Shown: piece after piece, positions 27,997 through 38,552 of the stretch | Layout: each line of letters opens with the position of its first letter | Numbering within the stretch: the first letter of the stretch is position 1 | Assembly (NCBI GenBank): GCA_963798085.1 | Contig: CAWCRS010000007.1 | Coordinates: 512,001-576,000, forward strand | DNA: 64,000 nucleotides | Direction: 5' to 3' | From: an uncultured Gemmatimonadales bacterium | GTDB taxonomy: Bacteria > Gemmatimonadota > Gemmatimonadetes > Longimicrobiales > RSA9 | Position numbers and translations under genes: made by a program | Notes under the pieces: generated by a model | What the model was told of the DNA's origin: nothing | What the model saw: the letters and a program-made list of their open reading frames with translations, nothing else | The model's database searches: none

Positions 27997-29220
27997 TCAG
28001 CCCAGCAGCGCGAGGTCGGTCTGCTGCTTGAGGTTCGTGTAGCTGGGGTACGATGCGGGTGGTGAGTCGGGCAGCCACAGCGTGAACGTGGAGCCAATGC
28101 CGGCGCGCGTCTCGAGCGTCAGCTCCCCGCCCAGCAGTCGGGCAATGCGCCGCGCAATGGCCAGACGGAAGCCAGGCCGCTCACCGCGCCGCTCGACCCG
28201 GTAGACCTCCTCGAAAATCAGGTCGTGGTCGCCCACGCCGGGTCCCGTATCCGTGATGGACAGGCACAGGTAGCGCGCCGGATCGGAACGACGACGGCCG
28301 GGCCGCATATCGCCACGCACGCGGATGTTGCCGCCTACCGGCGTGTAGCGGAATGCATTGCTCAGCAGCGTGTCCAGCACCTGTCGCACGAAGTCCATGT
28401 CCGTGACGATCGTCGGCAGATCTTCGGGCACCGCCACGTCGACTTCGATGCCGATGGTGCCGACGGTGAGCTGGAAATCGCGCACGATGCCGCGCAGCAC
28501 CATGCCCAGATTCGTGGGCTCGGGGCGCAGGGTGAGGTTGCCCGTGTCGATGCGCGACAGCTGCACGAGGTCGTTGATGATGTGGACCACGGTCTCGATG
28601 CTCTGGCGACTGCGATCGATGTAACGCTTCTCGCGCTCGTTCAGCTCGCCTTCCGTGTCCAGCAGCTGCACGTACTCCGCCGCCGCGCCGAGGCGGTCCT
28701 TCAGATCCTCGCCCACACCCGAGATGAGGCGGTACTTGTCCTCCACCATGCGCCTCGCCTCATCGCGCGTTTCGCGCAGCTCGGTGTTCAGCGAAGTGCG
28801 CACGAGAGCCAGCGTAGCGACCGTGGCGAGGTCGCTCAGACGCTCGAGCGTGGCCGCGTCGACGGGCGGTGAGGTCGGCCGGCGGAACAGCACGATGTTG
28901 CCGATACGTTCGTGCCGGCGACCCAGCGCGATGGTGATGCGGGTGGCTTGCTCGAGGTCGGCGTTGATGGCGTCCGCACTGCCGGGCGGACCGGCGGAGA
29001 CGATAACCGTGCCCAGGCCTTCGGCCCCCTGCAGCCGCTCGATGTGCACGGCCAGCGAGTCCGTCACGGTGCGCACACTCTCCGCCACATTGCGCAGCAC
29101 CATGAGGCCATCCTCGTCCCCCGCCATGCGGCGGACGAGCGTACGCATCTCGTCCAGCCGGGAGCGGAGTACGGCTTCGCTGTCCGTCATCGGAGGAAAG
29201 TCCGGAGCATGCTGCTTCAC
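27997..29220 (-). CDS. GAF-HisKA-HATPase protein lacking the phospho-acceptor His
   Basis: LLSNAFRYTP, DTGPG and GSTFTLWLP are present; the H-box reads GVGEDLKDRLG. Confidence 0.85.
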   Translation of the reverse strand: MKQHAPDFPPMTDSEAVLRSRLDEMRTLVRRMAGDEDGLMVLRNVAESVRTVTDSLAVHIERLQGAEGLGTVIVSAGPPGSADAINADLEQATRITIALGRRHERIGNIVLFRRPTSPPVDAATLERLSDLATVATLALVRTSLNTELRETRDEARRMVEDKYRLISGVGEDLKDRLGAAAEYVQLLDTEGELNEREKRYIDRSRQSIETVVHIINDLVQLSRIDTGNLTLRPEPTNLGMVLRGIVRDFQLTVGTIGIEVDVAVPEDLPTIVTDMDFVRQVLDTLLSNAFRYTPVGGNIRVRGDMRPGRRRSDPARYLCLSITDTGPGVGDHDLIFEEVYRVERRGERPGFRLAIARRIARLLGGELTLETRAGIGSTFTLWLPDSPPASYPSYTNLKQQTDLALLG

Positions 29221-29603
29221 CGGGGGACCCTACCTGTCAGGATCGAACGACACACGTCAGATCGTGGAGTTGCACTGCTCGTGCCAGATCGAGCGAGTGG
29301 GGCGTGGCTTCGTGTCAAGGGCCTCACGCGCGGGCGCATGGCGTGGTAACGGGCGCGCTCCCGTGACACACCCGCGTTACGAGGTGGACAGGCTGTACCG
29401 GGCGCGTAAGATAGTGCCTGTGCCCGGGAAAAAGTAGCGGCGTCCGCGAGCGCAGCCGAACCCCCGGTCCGCAGCCCCCGGTTACGCGCCGGTGACGTTG
29501 ACAGGAAGCGTCGCATGACGACAGGTTGTGGCGGCATGATCAGAGGCCCAGGGCGAGGCATCCGGAGCAGCAGAGCGGAGGGCTCCGGTCCGGACTGCAC
29601 AGC

Positions 29604-32142
29604 ATGGTGAGCCTCCTTCCTCCCGGCGCGCCAGCTGCCGCGGCGACGCAGAGTGTCGCTGTGATTCTCGGACACGGTTCCGAAGAAGCCTTCGATCGAC
29701 TGACGCGACTCGCGACGCTCGCGCTGCGCGTTCCGCTCGCGGTCGTCTCGCTCATCACCGATGGACGTCTGCTGCTGAAGAGTCAGGTCGGCATGCCCGA
29801 GCCATGGGCCACCGACCGGGATGTGCCGCTGCCCCACGCGATTTTCCGTCATGCCGTCGCTACCAGCAAACCATTCGTGGTGGAGGACACGGCGCGTCAT
29901 CCGCTCACGCGCGACATGCTGCTGGGAGAGGAGTGGGCGCACGCAGCCTACTGCGGGATTCCGCTGATGCAGGAGGGCCGCCGCGCTGTCGGCGTCCTCT
30001 CGGTAATGGATCGCAAGCCTCGCACGTGGACGCCGCGCGAGATCAGCTTCCTCCAGGATCTCGCCGCATCCGCCGCCGAAGCGGTACAGGAGCGCATGCG
30101 TCCGTCCTTGCCGATCGAGCCGGAAACGGTGGAAGTCACCACCAGCGTGACCGACGCGATTGTCGGCCTCGACAGCGAATGGCGAGTGACGGCTGTGAAC
30201 GCGCGCGCCGAAGACATCCTCGGACGCGCTGCCGGCTCCATCATTGGACTGCCCCTGCTCGAGGTTTTCCCCAGCCTGGATGGGAGCATCTTCCAGCAGG
30301 AATGGCGCCGGGCACTCGCGCAACAGGCCACCATCGAGCTGGAGGCCCACTGCGACACACTGGGCCGCTGGCTGGAAACACGCGCCTGGCCCGCGCAGGG
30401 CGGCCTCGCGATTCAGCTGCGCGACGTGTCCGCGCGCCGCAATGCCGAGGACGCACTGCGTCAGAGCGAGGCGAGGTATCGCAGCGTCTTCCAGGAAGCA
30501 CGCGATCCGATGTTCTTTACCTCACCAGACGGCACCATCATCGAATGCAATCGCTCCGCGATCGAGCTGCTCGGGCACACCCGTGACGATCTGTTCCGCC
30601 AGCGCTTCGAGGATCTGGTCGCTGATTCTGCGGCACGCGAAGAACTCGAGAAGGAGCTGAAGTCGAAGGGCGAAGTCGCGGATTTCGAAGCGCAGCTGCG
30701 TACCAGCACGGGCGGCCGGCTGGACACACTGATCTCGATATCGTCGCGCCAGAGCTCGAACCAAGAGCCGGCCGGTTTCCGCGTTTCCGTGCGCGACAAC
30801 ACCGAACGCAAACAGCTGGCGCGCCAGCTGCTGCAGAACGCCTTCCACGACCCGCTGACCGGCCTGGCCAACCGCGCGGTGTTCCTGGACCGCCTCGATC
30901 GGCTCTATATGCAGGCGCAGCGCCGGGCCGGCTATCGCTTCGCCGTGCTGTTCATCGATCTCGACCGCTTCAAGATGGTGAACGACACGTTCGGTCACAT
31001 TGCCGGCGATGAGCTGCTCACCACCGTGGCCCGCCGGCTCGAGGGATGCCTGCGGCAGGAAGACAGCGTGTCGCGCTTCGGCGGCGACGAGTTCGGCATC
31101 CTGCTGGACGGCGTACAGGATGTGCGCGACACGACGCGCATCGCGGAACGCATCAACAACGAGCTGGGCATGCCCATGCGTCTCGGCCCGCGCGAAGTCG
31201 CGTGCTCCGCCAGTATCGGCATTGCCATCAGCAGTGAAGGCCACGAGCGGGCCGAGCAGGTGTTGAGCGACGCCGACGCCGCAATGTACCGGGCGAAATC
31301 CAGCGGCGGCGCCCGTTATGAAGTGTTCGACACCGAGATGCACGTGCGCGCGCTGGCGCAGCTCCGGCTGGAGTCCGATCTGCACCGGGCCGTGCGTGAA
31401 GGCGAATTCCTCGTACACTATCAGCCTGTCATATCGGTGGACGCCGGATTCATTGCCGGCTTCGAAGCGCTGCTGCGCTGGCGCCACCCGGAACGCGGCC
31501 TGCTGCACCCTTCCGAGTTCGTCGCCATCGCGGAACAGACGGGCCTGGTGAGCGACATGGGCTGGTTCGTGCTGGAGCGCGTCGCCGAACAGATCAACGA
31601 GTGGAAGGACGTCGCGCGTCCCGCCCATGCTGCAGCTGGGCGTGGGCCTCAACCTCTCGCCCCGCCAGTTCCGCCATCCGGATCTCATGCGCCACATCGA
31701 TCAGGCGCTGCAGGACGGGACGCTCGAAGGACGCTACCTGCGCATCGAAGTGACCGAAGACACGCTGATGGAGGATGCCGACTTCGCCTTCGATGTGCTG
31801 GCACGCCTGCAGGAGCGTGGCGTGGGCGTGAGCATCGACAATTTCGGCACCGGCTTCTCCTCACTGCGCTACCTGCAGCGGTTGCCCATCGCCGCACTCA
31901 AGATCGACCGCACCTTCCTGCGCGCGCTGGATCGTGATCCCTACAACCGCGGTGTGGTCGAGAGCATCGTGGCACTGGGCCGGTGCATGGGCATCGACGT
32001 GGTCGCGCAGGGCGTGGAAAACCTCGAGCAGCTGGCCGAGCTGCGTCGCATGGGCGCGCGCTACGCACAAGGCTACCTCTTCTCCGAACCCCTCGACCCC
32101 GACTCCGCCACCGACCTCGTCCTCGAAGGCCTCCGCGACTAG
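29604..32142 (+). CDS. GAF-PAS-PAS-GGDEF-EAL protein; +1 frameshift near 31621-31630
   Basis: FDRLTRLA (GAF), two PAS domains, HDPLTGLANR, RQED...FGGDEF, FEALLRW. The EAL domain continues in the +1 frame (NLSPRQF, EVTE, DNFGTG, KIDR, QGY). Confidence 0.9.
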
Positions 32143-32279
32143 GCTCTCCACCGCAATGCGCGCAGGTGGCCGCGGAGGCCGAGGCTTCTTCTGCCGAAAC
32201 GGTGCTCAGAGACGAAAGGGGGCCGGTATCGCGAGACGCGGATGCCGGCCCCGGTTGGCTTCGTCGAGCACGGATTACG

Positions 32280-32765
32280 TCATTCCATGCGCGTCAGCTT
32301 GATCGTGACCGGCGTGCTCACCGGACCATGCTCGGTGGTCAGCATTCTCACCATCAGGGTATTGCCGGACAGCTCGTACGCATTGACCGCGTACGCACCT
32401 GGCGTCATGGCCGACGGATTCATGGCTACTGTCGGTCGCAGCGTAATCCGCTTTCCGTCGATCGCATACGTGCCGGCCTCGCCGTAGAAGGCGCCCCATG
32501 CGGCCCTCAATTCATCGGCACTCGCGGTAGCACTGTTCGAGAGCAGCGGGCGAGGCCGCTCGGCATGCTCCTCCGTGCGGCTGTAGTACTTCTCCGTGAC
32601 GATCAGAAGCCCCGCCTGCGGATGGCGAATCACACGGCTTGCGGAGTCACCCGTGGTGACCTCGACGACCTGCCAGACCCCCTGCAGCGATGGCGTCTTC
32701 CATCGGGCTGCACTGCCAGCCAGGACCAGCACCATGCACAGCAACACACCGAGTGCGCGCTTCAC
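32280..32765 (-). CDS. Secreted lipocalin-like domain protein
   Basis: Signal peptide, LQGVWQVV (GxW), AFYGEAGTYAIDG. Confidence 0.7.
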   Translation of the reverse strand: MKRALGVLLCMVLVLAGSAARWKTPSLQGVWQVVEVTTGDSASRVIRHPQAGLLIVTEKYYSRTEEHAERPRPLLSNSATASADELRAAWGAFYGEAGTYAIDGKRITLRPTVAMNPSAMTPGAYAVNAYELSGNTLMVRMLTTEHGPVSTPVTIKLTRME

Positions 32766-32830
32766 AGGACACCTCTCTTTCTCTGGGGTTGCCCCCGGTC
32801 ACGGTGTGACCCTAAGATGGGGGTCGACCA

Positions 32831-32862
32831 TATCGAATAATGTCATGCTGTATTCGATACAG
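32831..32862. promoter_or_regulatory. Nested inverted repeats, putative TetR operator
   Basis: TATCGAATA-N11-TATTCGATA (32831-32859) and CTGTAT-TCG-ATACAG (32848-32862) between divergent genes. Confidence 0.7.
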
Positions 32863-32879
32863 TGAAGCTACGATCAAAT

Positions 32880-33548
32880 ATGGGGAAAGTCAAGAAACCC
32901 GTGGCCCGGGCCCGCCGCGGCAAGCGCGCCTACGACTCGACGCGGCGCCAGCAGCAGGCGGAGGCGACTCGCCGCGAGATCGTCGAGGCGGCGAGCCGTC
33001 TGTTCACGGAACACGGGTATGCCGGAACGACCATAGCGGCCATTGCGCGCGCTGCGGGTGTGGCGCCGGAAACCGTGTATGCGGCCTTCGGCAACAAGCG
33101 AGCGATACTGGCACGCGTCGTGGGCGTTCTGGTGGTGGGCGATCACGAGCGGGTCCCGCTGGGCGATCGCCCCTCGGTGCTGGCCATCGTTCAGGAGCCC
33201 GACCAGCGGCGGAAGATCGAGTTGCTGGCGAAGATGATGCGCGTGGTGCACGAACGCGTGGGCCCGGTGTGGCGCATGATGCGTGCGGCGGAACCGCAGG
33301 ATCCCGACATCGCGGCGCTCGTGCAGGATGGGCTCAAGGGGCGTCACCTGGGTATGTCCCAGTTCGTCGTAGCACTGCACAGTCACGGGCCCTTGCGCCA
33401 GGGTATGACCATGTCGGTCGCGAGCGAGACGGTGTGGGCCATCGGCAGTGCCGAAGTGCATCGACTGCTGACGGTGGACCGCGGCTGGTCCGGCGAGAAG
33501 TACGAAGCGTGGCTGTCGGATGTGCTCGCCAGGGTTCTGCTTCCATGA
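32880..33548 (+). CDS. TetR/AcrR family regulator
   Basis: TRREIVEAASRLFTEHGYAGTTIAAIARAAGVAPETVYAAFGNK. Confidence 0.94.
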   Translation: MGKVKKPVARARRGKRAYDSTRRQQQAEATRREIVEAASRLFTEHGYAGTTIAAIARAAGVAPETVYAAFGNKRAILARVVGVLVVGDHERVPLGDRPSVLAIVQEPDQRRKIELLAKMMRVVHERVGPVWRMMRAAEPQDPDIAALVQDGLKGRHLGMSQFVVALHSHGPLRQGMTMSVASETVWAIGSAEVHRLLTVDRGWSGEKYEAWLSDVLARVLLP

Positions 33549-33761
33549 CGGCTCGTGTGCCAGACGGTGGGATCTGCATGCTGGGCACCAGGCTCGCCAT
33601 TTGCACGTCGGCGCGACTTCTTCTAACAATCCGTTAGAACAACCTCGGGCCCCGGCCCGAGCCGCTGGCAGGCGGTGCGTGAGCACGGAAGGAACCGGTG
33701 GATTCGACCTGCTGCCAGGGGGCGCCCGGGCCCTTGCGCGTCCGCTCCCTCCGGGGTGGCG

Positions 33762-35087
33762 TCAGCTGGTGGGGACGAGGCGAGTGAGGGAGACGGCAAG
33801 GAGGAGGGCGATGCGGGTGGCGGGCAGTGCGCTGTTGATGTCGGACCATTCCTTGAGGGTGTGCTGGTCGCCGCCCTGCGAGCGGCCGATGGAGATGGAG
33901 GGAATGCCGCGCACCACGCCCATGTTCGCATCGGTTGAGCCGGTGGGCAGTGCGCTCGAATGGATGCCGACGAATTCGTGGATGTCGAGCGCTGTCTGCA
34001 CCAGCGGGTGCGCTCGCCTGTCGCGCAGCCCGTCGGCGGTGCCGCCGGCATCATTGTGCTGCACGACCTCTTTCGACCAGTCCACCTGGTTGCGCTGGGC
34101 GGCCTGCGCCACGCGACGGTCGATCTCGTGGTCGAGCGAGTCCAGCAGCACGGGATTCACCGAGCGCAGATCCATCGTGAACGAAACGTCCTCCGGAATG
34201 GCGTTGAATACCTTGCCGCCCGCCAGCATGCCCACGTTGTAGACCGCGCCGCCACGGCCGTCGGGAATGCGGATCCCGTAGATCGATGTGATGGCGTCGG
34301 CGAGCGCGCGCGCCGGGTGCGGCTTTCCCGCGGAGGTATTCGTGTGCGAGCCTTCGCCGGTGAAATGGTAACGGCTCCAGTAGATGCCCAGCGCGCCATA
34401 GTCGACGGCCGGCAGCCCGCCATCCAGCGCGATCAGCATGTCTGCCACGTGCGGGTTGGTGCGCAGCCAGTAGTCCATGCCGCGCAGTCCCAGCTCTTCC
34501 TGGACCGTGAACAGGAAGATGATGTCGCCGCGCGTGCGCACGCCCGCCGCCCCGAGCGCTCGCGCCACAGCCAGCAGATTCGCGACGGAGGCGCTGTTGT
34601 CGAAGATGCCGGGCGCCCGCAGGATCCCGCCGTCGCGGTGGACCGTGACATCCGTGTCGAGCGGGTGCACCGTGTCCATGTGCGCCGCGAACACCACCGT
34701 CTCGCCACCGCCTTCGCCCTTGCGCCGCGCAAAGACATTGCCCACGGAATCACTCTGCACGCTGAGCCCCAGCGCCTCGAGTTGCGCGCGGATGTAGGCC
34801 GCTCTCGCCTGCTCGTGCTCCGACTTGGCCGGTATCTGTGTGATACGGATCCACTCGTCGACGTGCTGCGGGAAATTCGTCTCCAGCCACTGCAGTGCAT
34901 CGCGCACTACCGGCTGTTGCGCCAGCGCCGGCGAGAAGCGCGTCGGATAAGCCCCGCCACTCTGCGCCCTCACGCCCGCTGCTCCACACAACAGGAGCAG
35001 CGCACACACTTTCACCGCGGAGAACGCGGCCGGCGCGGAGAGGACACGCGCGTGCCTCGTACACTGACGCTCATTCAGGTTCATCAT
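33762..35087 (-). CDS. M20/M25/M40 family metallopeptidase (secreted)
   Basis: AHMDTV, GIFDN, VQEELG, HTLKE. True start may be GTG 35015. Confidence 0.88.
   Translation of the reverse strand: MMNLNERQCTRHARVLSAPAAFSAVKVCALLLLCGAAGVRAQSGGAYPTRFSPALAQQPVVRDALQWLETNFPQHVDEWIRITQIPAKSEHEQARAAYIRAQLEALGLSVQSDSVGNVFARRKGEGGGETVVFAAHMDTVHPLDTDVTVHRDGGILRAPGIFDNSASVANLLAVARALGAAGVRTRGDIIFLFTVQEELGLRGMDYWLRTNPHVADMLIALDGGLPAVDYGALGIYWSRYHFTGEGSHTNTSAGKPHPARALADAITSIYGIRIPDGRGGAVYNVGMLAGGKVFNAIPEDVSFTMDLRSVNPVLLDSLDHEIDRRVAQAAQRNQVDWSKEVVQHNDAGGTADGLRDRRAHPLVQTALDIHEFVGIHSSALPTGSTDANMGVVRGIPSISIGRSQGGDQHTLKEWSDINSALPATRIALLLAVSLTRLVPTS
35011..35040 (+). repeat. 30-bp dispersed repeat TTCACCGCGGAG..CGCGG..GGCGCGGAG
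   Basis: 26/30 identical to 38890-38919; partial copy at 16013. Confidence 0.75.
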
Positions 35088-35166
35088 CGGGGTTCAACGG
35101 ATGAAGAAAGTCCACCCGCGCGCCTGGTTTCTCTCGCGCCGCTCGCACCCTCCACAGTGGACATAC

Positions 35167-36900
35167 CTATGTGTGAGGTTTGTCGAGTGAGGGTCGGGTG
35201 TCGCGGTTGCCCAGCTCGAGCATCAGGTCGCGGATGTAGTTCGTGATGCGTGCGTAGTGCGGATAATCGATATACTGCGCCTCGTCCGTCACCTGGTGGT
35301 AGTCCTGGTGCAGGCCGGTGAAGAAGAAGGCGATGGGGATGTTGTAGCGCGCGTAGTTGGCGTGGTCGCTGCGGCCGTAAATGTTGTTGTAGCCCGGCCA
35401 GGTAGTGGCTTCATCGAAGCGGTAATCCAGGTCGAGCGGTTTCTGCTCGTGCTGGTTGACGGCGGCGACGATGTTGCCGAGGTCGGTGGAGAGACGCTTC
35501 GAGCCGACCACGCCCAGATAGTCGGGGCCGGCGCCCGGCATGTCGCCCGTGCGGCCGCGGCCGATCATGTCGATGTTGATCTGCGTAACAATGGAGTCGC
35601 GCGGCACTGTGGGGTGATCGGTGAACCAGCGCGAACCGCGCAGTCCGCCCTCTTCACCCGTATGCCAGACGAAGAGAATGGAGCGCCGCGGTTTCACGGG
35701 TGCGAGTGCCAGTGCTTCCGCGATTTCGAGGACCGCCATCGAGCCCGAGCCATCATCATCGGCGCCGTTGCGGATGGAGTCGCGACGCGCCGGCCGGATG
35801 CGCCGCAGGCTGTCCACGTTCACCGTGATGGAGGCGCGTTCATCGGGCGTCAGCGCACGCAGATCGCCGCCGGCCATTTCCATGCGCAGCACCGCGCTGT
35901 TGAAGGCGCGCAGGGAATCGTGATCGACGGGCGTCGCATTGTATCCGATGTGATCATTGTGCGCGCCAATGGCGACGTATTCGCCGGCCAGTGCGGGATC
36001 GCGACCCCGGATGATGCCGACCACGTTGCGACCCCAGTCCGGGACGGGCGTCTCCACGTAATCGAGGTGTGCCGTGACCGTGCCGCCGGTCGCGCCGGGA
36101 GCCAGGCCGTCGGCAGACCGGCCCAGCAGCTGGGCCGCGGCTTCCGGCGTGATGCGCAGCGTGGCTCGGCTCGGGCCGGAAGGCGGTGGGTTGGCCGCGT
36201 CCGGATCCTCGAACGTCGCCTGCGTGTCGTTCAGGAAAGCGCGCTCCGACGGCGACAGGTTCTGCAGGTCGATGGTCGCCAGGGCCACGGCATCGGCGAA
36301 AGGATCCGGTGCGCCGCCACCACGACCGCCGCGGCCTCGCCCGCCAAATCCGCGACCCGCATCCGGCGAAGCGGAGAGCACGACGAACTTGCCGGCAGCC
36401 TGCTCAGCCGTGATGTGGCGCGTGCTGTCACCGGCCGTGCCGCCATAGATGACCGGCACGCCTTCCAGCGAGCGCGGCGCCGTGCGGCCGGGAACCGCCA
36501 CGAAGTCCGTCAGCCAGCGCAGGGCGCGGCCGTTCACCGTCATTGTCGACTTCGGCGTGTACCTGTGCTGCACGTAGGGCAGCGTCTGGAAATAGGTGCC
36601 GTTCTCACCCGCAGGGGTGATGCCCAGCCGTTTCAGCTCGCGCGCGATGTAGGCAGTGCCGCGCATATTGGCCTCGCGGCCCACCTGCCGGCCCAGCATC
36701 GAGTCGTCGGAAAAAATGTAAAGACGTGTTTGCAGATCCGCGACCGTGATCGCGGCCGTCGTGGGCCGCGGCGCGTGCTTGAGCGGATTGCCGAACTCGT
36801 TCAGCTGCGCCTGCGCGTGCAGCGGCGCATGCAGAACGGCGGCATACAGCAATGCCGAGAGTGGTACCGCGCGCCGAACCCGCCTGCGGAATTCAAACAT
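35167..36900 (-). CDS. M28 family aminopeptidase (secreted)
   Basis: Signal peptide; GAHNDH, GADDDGSG, GEEGGL, DMIG, RSDH, DYHQVTD. Confidence 0.92.
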   Translation of the reverse strand: MFEFRRRVRRAVPLSALLYAAVLHAPLHAQAQLNEFGNPLKHAPRPTTAAITVADLQTRLYIFSDDSMLGRQVGREANMRGTAYIARELKRLGITPAGENGTYFQTLPYVQHRYTPKSTMTVNGRALRWLTDFVAVPGRTAPRSLEGVPVIYGGTAGDSTRHITAEQAAGKFVVLSASPDAGRGFGGRGRGGRGGGAPDPFADAVALATIDLQNLSPSERAFLNDTQATFEDPDAANPPPSGPSRATLRITPEAAAQLLGRSADGLAPGATGGTVTAHLDYVETPVPDWGRNVVGIIRGRDPALAGEYVAIGAHNDHIGYNATPVDHDSLRAFNSAVLRMEMAGGDLRALTPDERASITVNVDSLRRIRPARRDSIRNGADDDGSGSMAVLEIAEALALAPVKPRRSILFVWHTGEEGGLRGSRWFTDHPTVPRDSIVTQINIDMIGRGRTGDMPGAGPDYLGVVGSKRLSTDLGNIVAAVNQHEQKPLDLDYRFDEATTWPGYNNIYGRSDHANYARYNIPIAFFFTGLHQDYHQVTDEAQYIDYPHYARITNYIRDLMLELGNRDTRPSLDKPHT

Positions 36901-37038
36901 GAGGTTTTCCGGCCTGAAGGTGTGCGCATCGCCCGCCCGATCCGCGCCATCGTGCGTGGATGGTCGCGATCCCGGCAGGAGGACCGGCGGAAAGGTGGCG
37001 AACCGCAGGCCGCGGCGCAAAGTACGGCGCCTGCCCGG

Positions 37039-37944
37039 CTACTCCTCGGCTACCAGAGCGATCATGCGACCGTCCGCGCTGACGGCAATGCGGGAAATGC
37101 CGCGCACGCCCCGGCCCGCGAGATCCGCGACCTCGACCCAGTCCTTGTCCCGGCCCGGCCGCAGCGCGTAGAGCACTGAGCCGCGTGCCGTGAGCAGCAC
37201 GCCATCCGGCGTCCACGCGTGGTACTCGTTTTCGGCGAAAGGCTGAACCAGAGACGTCGCAGTGCCGGACTGCACATCGAGGATACGGATCCAGCCGGGC
37301 TTCTCCGCGCCCAGCTGCACGAAGCTCACCGCGTCACGACCCGGCACCTTGTGCAGCGAGCGACCGATGTTCTGCGCCACCACGCGCGCCTCGCCCGTGC
37401 GCACATCCGCCAGCTGCAGGGTGGCGGGATTGCCGAGCACGAACAGTGCGAGCCGGTTGCCGTCGATCCACGCGTGATAGCCGACCGGCTTCAGCGTCTC
37501 GAGCACCACACGCGGATCGGTGCCGGCGCGTGTGAAGCTCCAGAGCCGCTGCGCTGAATCCCGCTCCACGCGAATCACCGAAATGCGATCGCCCGCCGGC
37601 ATCACCGTGGCCGAATACTCGCTCTCCGGCTGTGTGTGAATCAGCGCTACGCTGCGGCCGCTGCGCAGATCGTAGCGCCAGATGTCGGCCTGACCGCTGG
37701 CATCGATCACCGTGTACAGCAGCCCGCCATCACCCGGCAGGAATGCCGGCTGGTTGTCGTAGCCGGGCCGCTGCGTGACCCGCCGCACACTGTCCACCAC
37801 CATGCGGCCGCCCGCGTCGTGCACCAGCGCCAGGAAGATGTCCGAGCCGCTCTGCGCCCGCACCGGTCGCGCGACCGGCAGCAGCGCGAGAAGGGTGCAG
37901 GCGGGAAGCAGCGTGCGCCGCCGCGCAAACAGGCGAGCCGACAT
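37039..37944 (-). CDS. Secreted TolB/PD40-like beta-propeller protein
   Basis: Signal peptide, PGYDNQPAF, WTPDG, AVSADG repeats; GGAG RBS. Confidence 0.8.
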   Translation of the reverse strand: MSARLFARRRTLLPACTLLALLPVARPVRAQSGSDIFLALVHDAGGRMVVDSVRRVTQRPGYDNQPAFLPGDGGLLYTVIDASGQADIWRYDLRSGRSVALIHTQPESEYSATVMPAGDRISVIRVERDSAQRLWSFTRAGTDPRVVLETLKPVGYHAWIDGNRLALFVLGNPATLQLADVRTGEARVVAQNIGRSLHKVPGRDAVSFVQLGAEKPGWIRILDVQSGTATSLVQPFAENEYHAWTPDGVLLTARGSVLYALRPGRDKDWVEVADLAGRGVRGISRIAVSADGRMIALVAEE

Positions 37945-38473
37945 GTGTCACTCCTGCTCAGAGGCCCGGGAGCGCTGTCCGGGCAAAGCCCGGTACGCTC
38001 CTGCAATGTGGTGGCGAGCCGCCGATCGCACGAGAGGAGAGGTGGTCGCCCGCCGATCCGCCGGCTGCCGCGCGTCATCCAGCGGGTATGGCAGGGCATG
38101 CCGCAGGTGAGGGCTCGCTTTCAGTTGGAGCGCCCACCGGTGTTCGAGTTGCGAAACCACAATGCGATGCTGGTGCCGGGAGGCGCTGGCGCCAGGCCTG
38201 GCGCCGTTTGGCGGCGCGGGCCGGGGCCGTGCAGCGTTTCCGTAACGATGTGTTAATGCGGGAGTCGAGCCACGACGCTTGCAGTCTCGCGTGTGGAGGA
38301 TGCCCCGGCCGGTCCGTCACGCGGCGTCTCGCCCGCGGATGCGGCAGGCATCACAGGCGTCGTGGTGGTCATGCGCGCCGTCGGTGTTGCGGCGGTTGCA
38401 CGTGCCGGCGCGCCGCGCCTCTTGCGTGCTGCGGCTGTGGTGCTGCGAGGGAGTGCGTGTGTGCGGGTCGTTG

Positions 38474-38493
38474 CCTTGACATTCGACAACAAG
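38474..38493. promoter_or_regulatory. Operator TTGAC-N4-GACAA overlapping a TTGACA -35 box
   Basis: CCTTGACATTCGACAACAAG upstream of padR; matches 13287-13306. Confidence 0.7.
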
Positions 38494-38552
38494 CCGGACA
38501 GCTTGGGGGAAAGGGCCTGGCACGGACTCGCACCCGGTCGCAGGAGCACGCG

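Noticed and set aside
28716..28730. CATCTCGG on the minus strand in the pseudo-kinase as a further insertion site
   Set aside because: The reading frame is continuous and family-like on both sides.
37945..38470. Small His/Cys-rich ORFs upstream of padR
   Set aside because: No RBS, motif or clear codon bias; cannot be supported.
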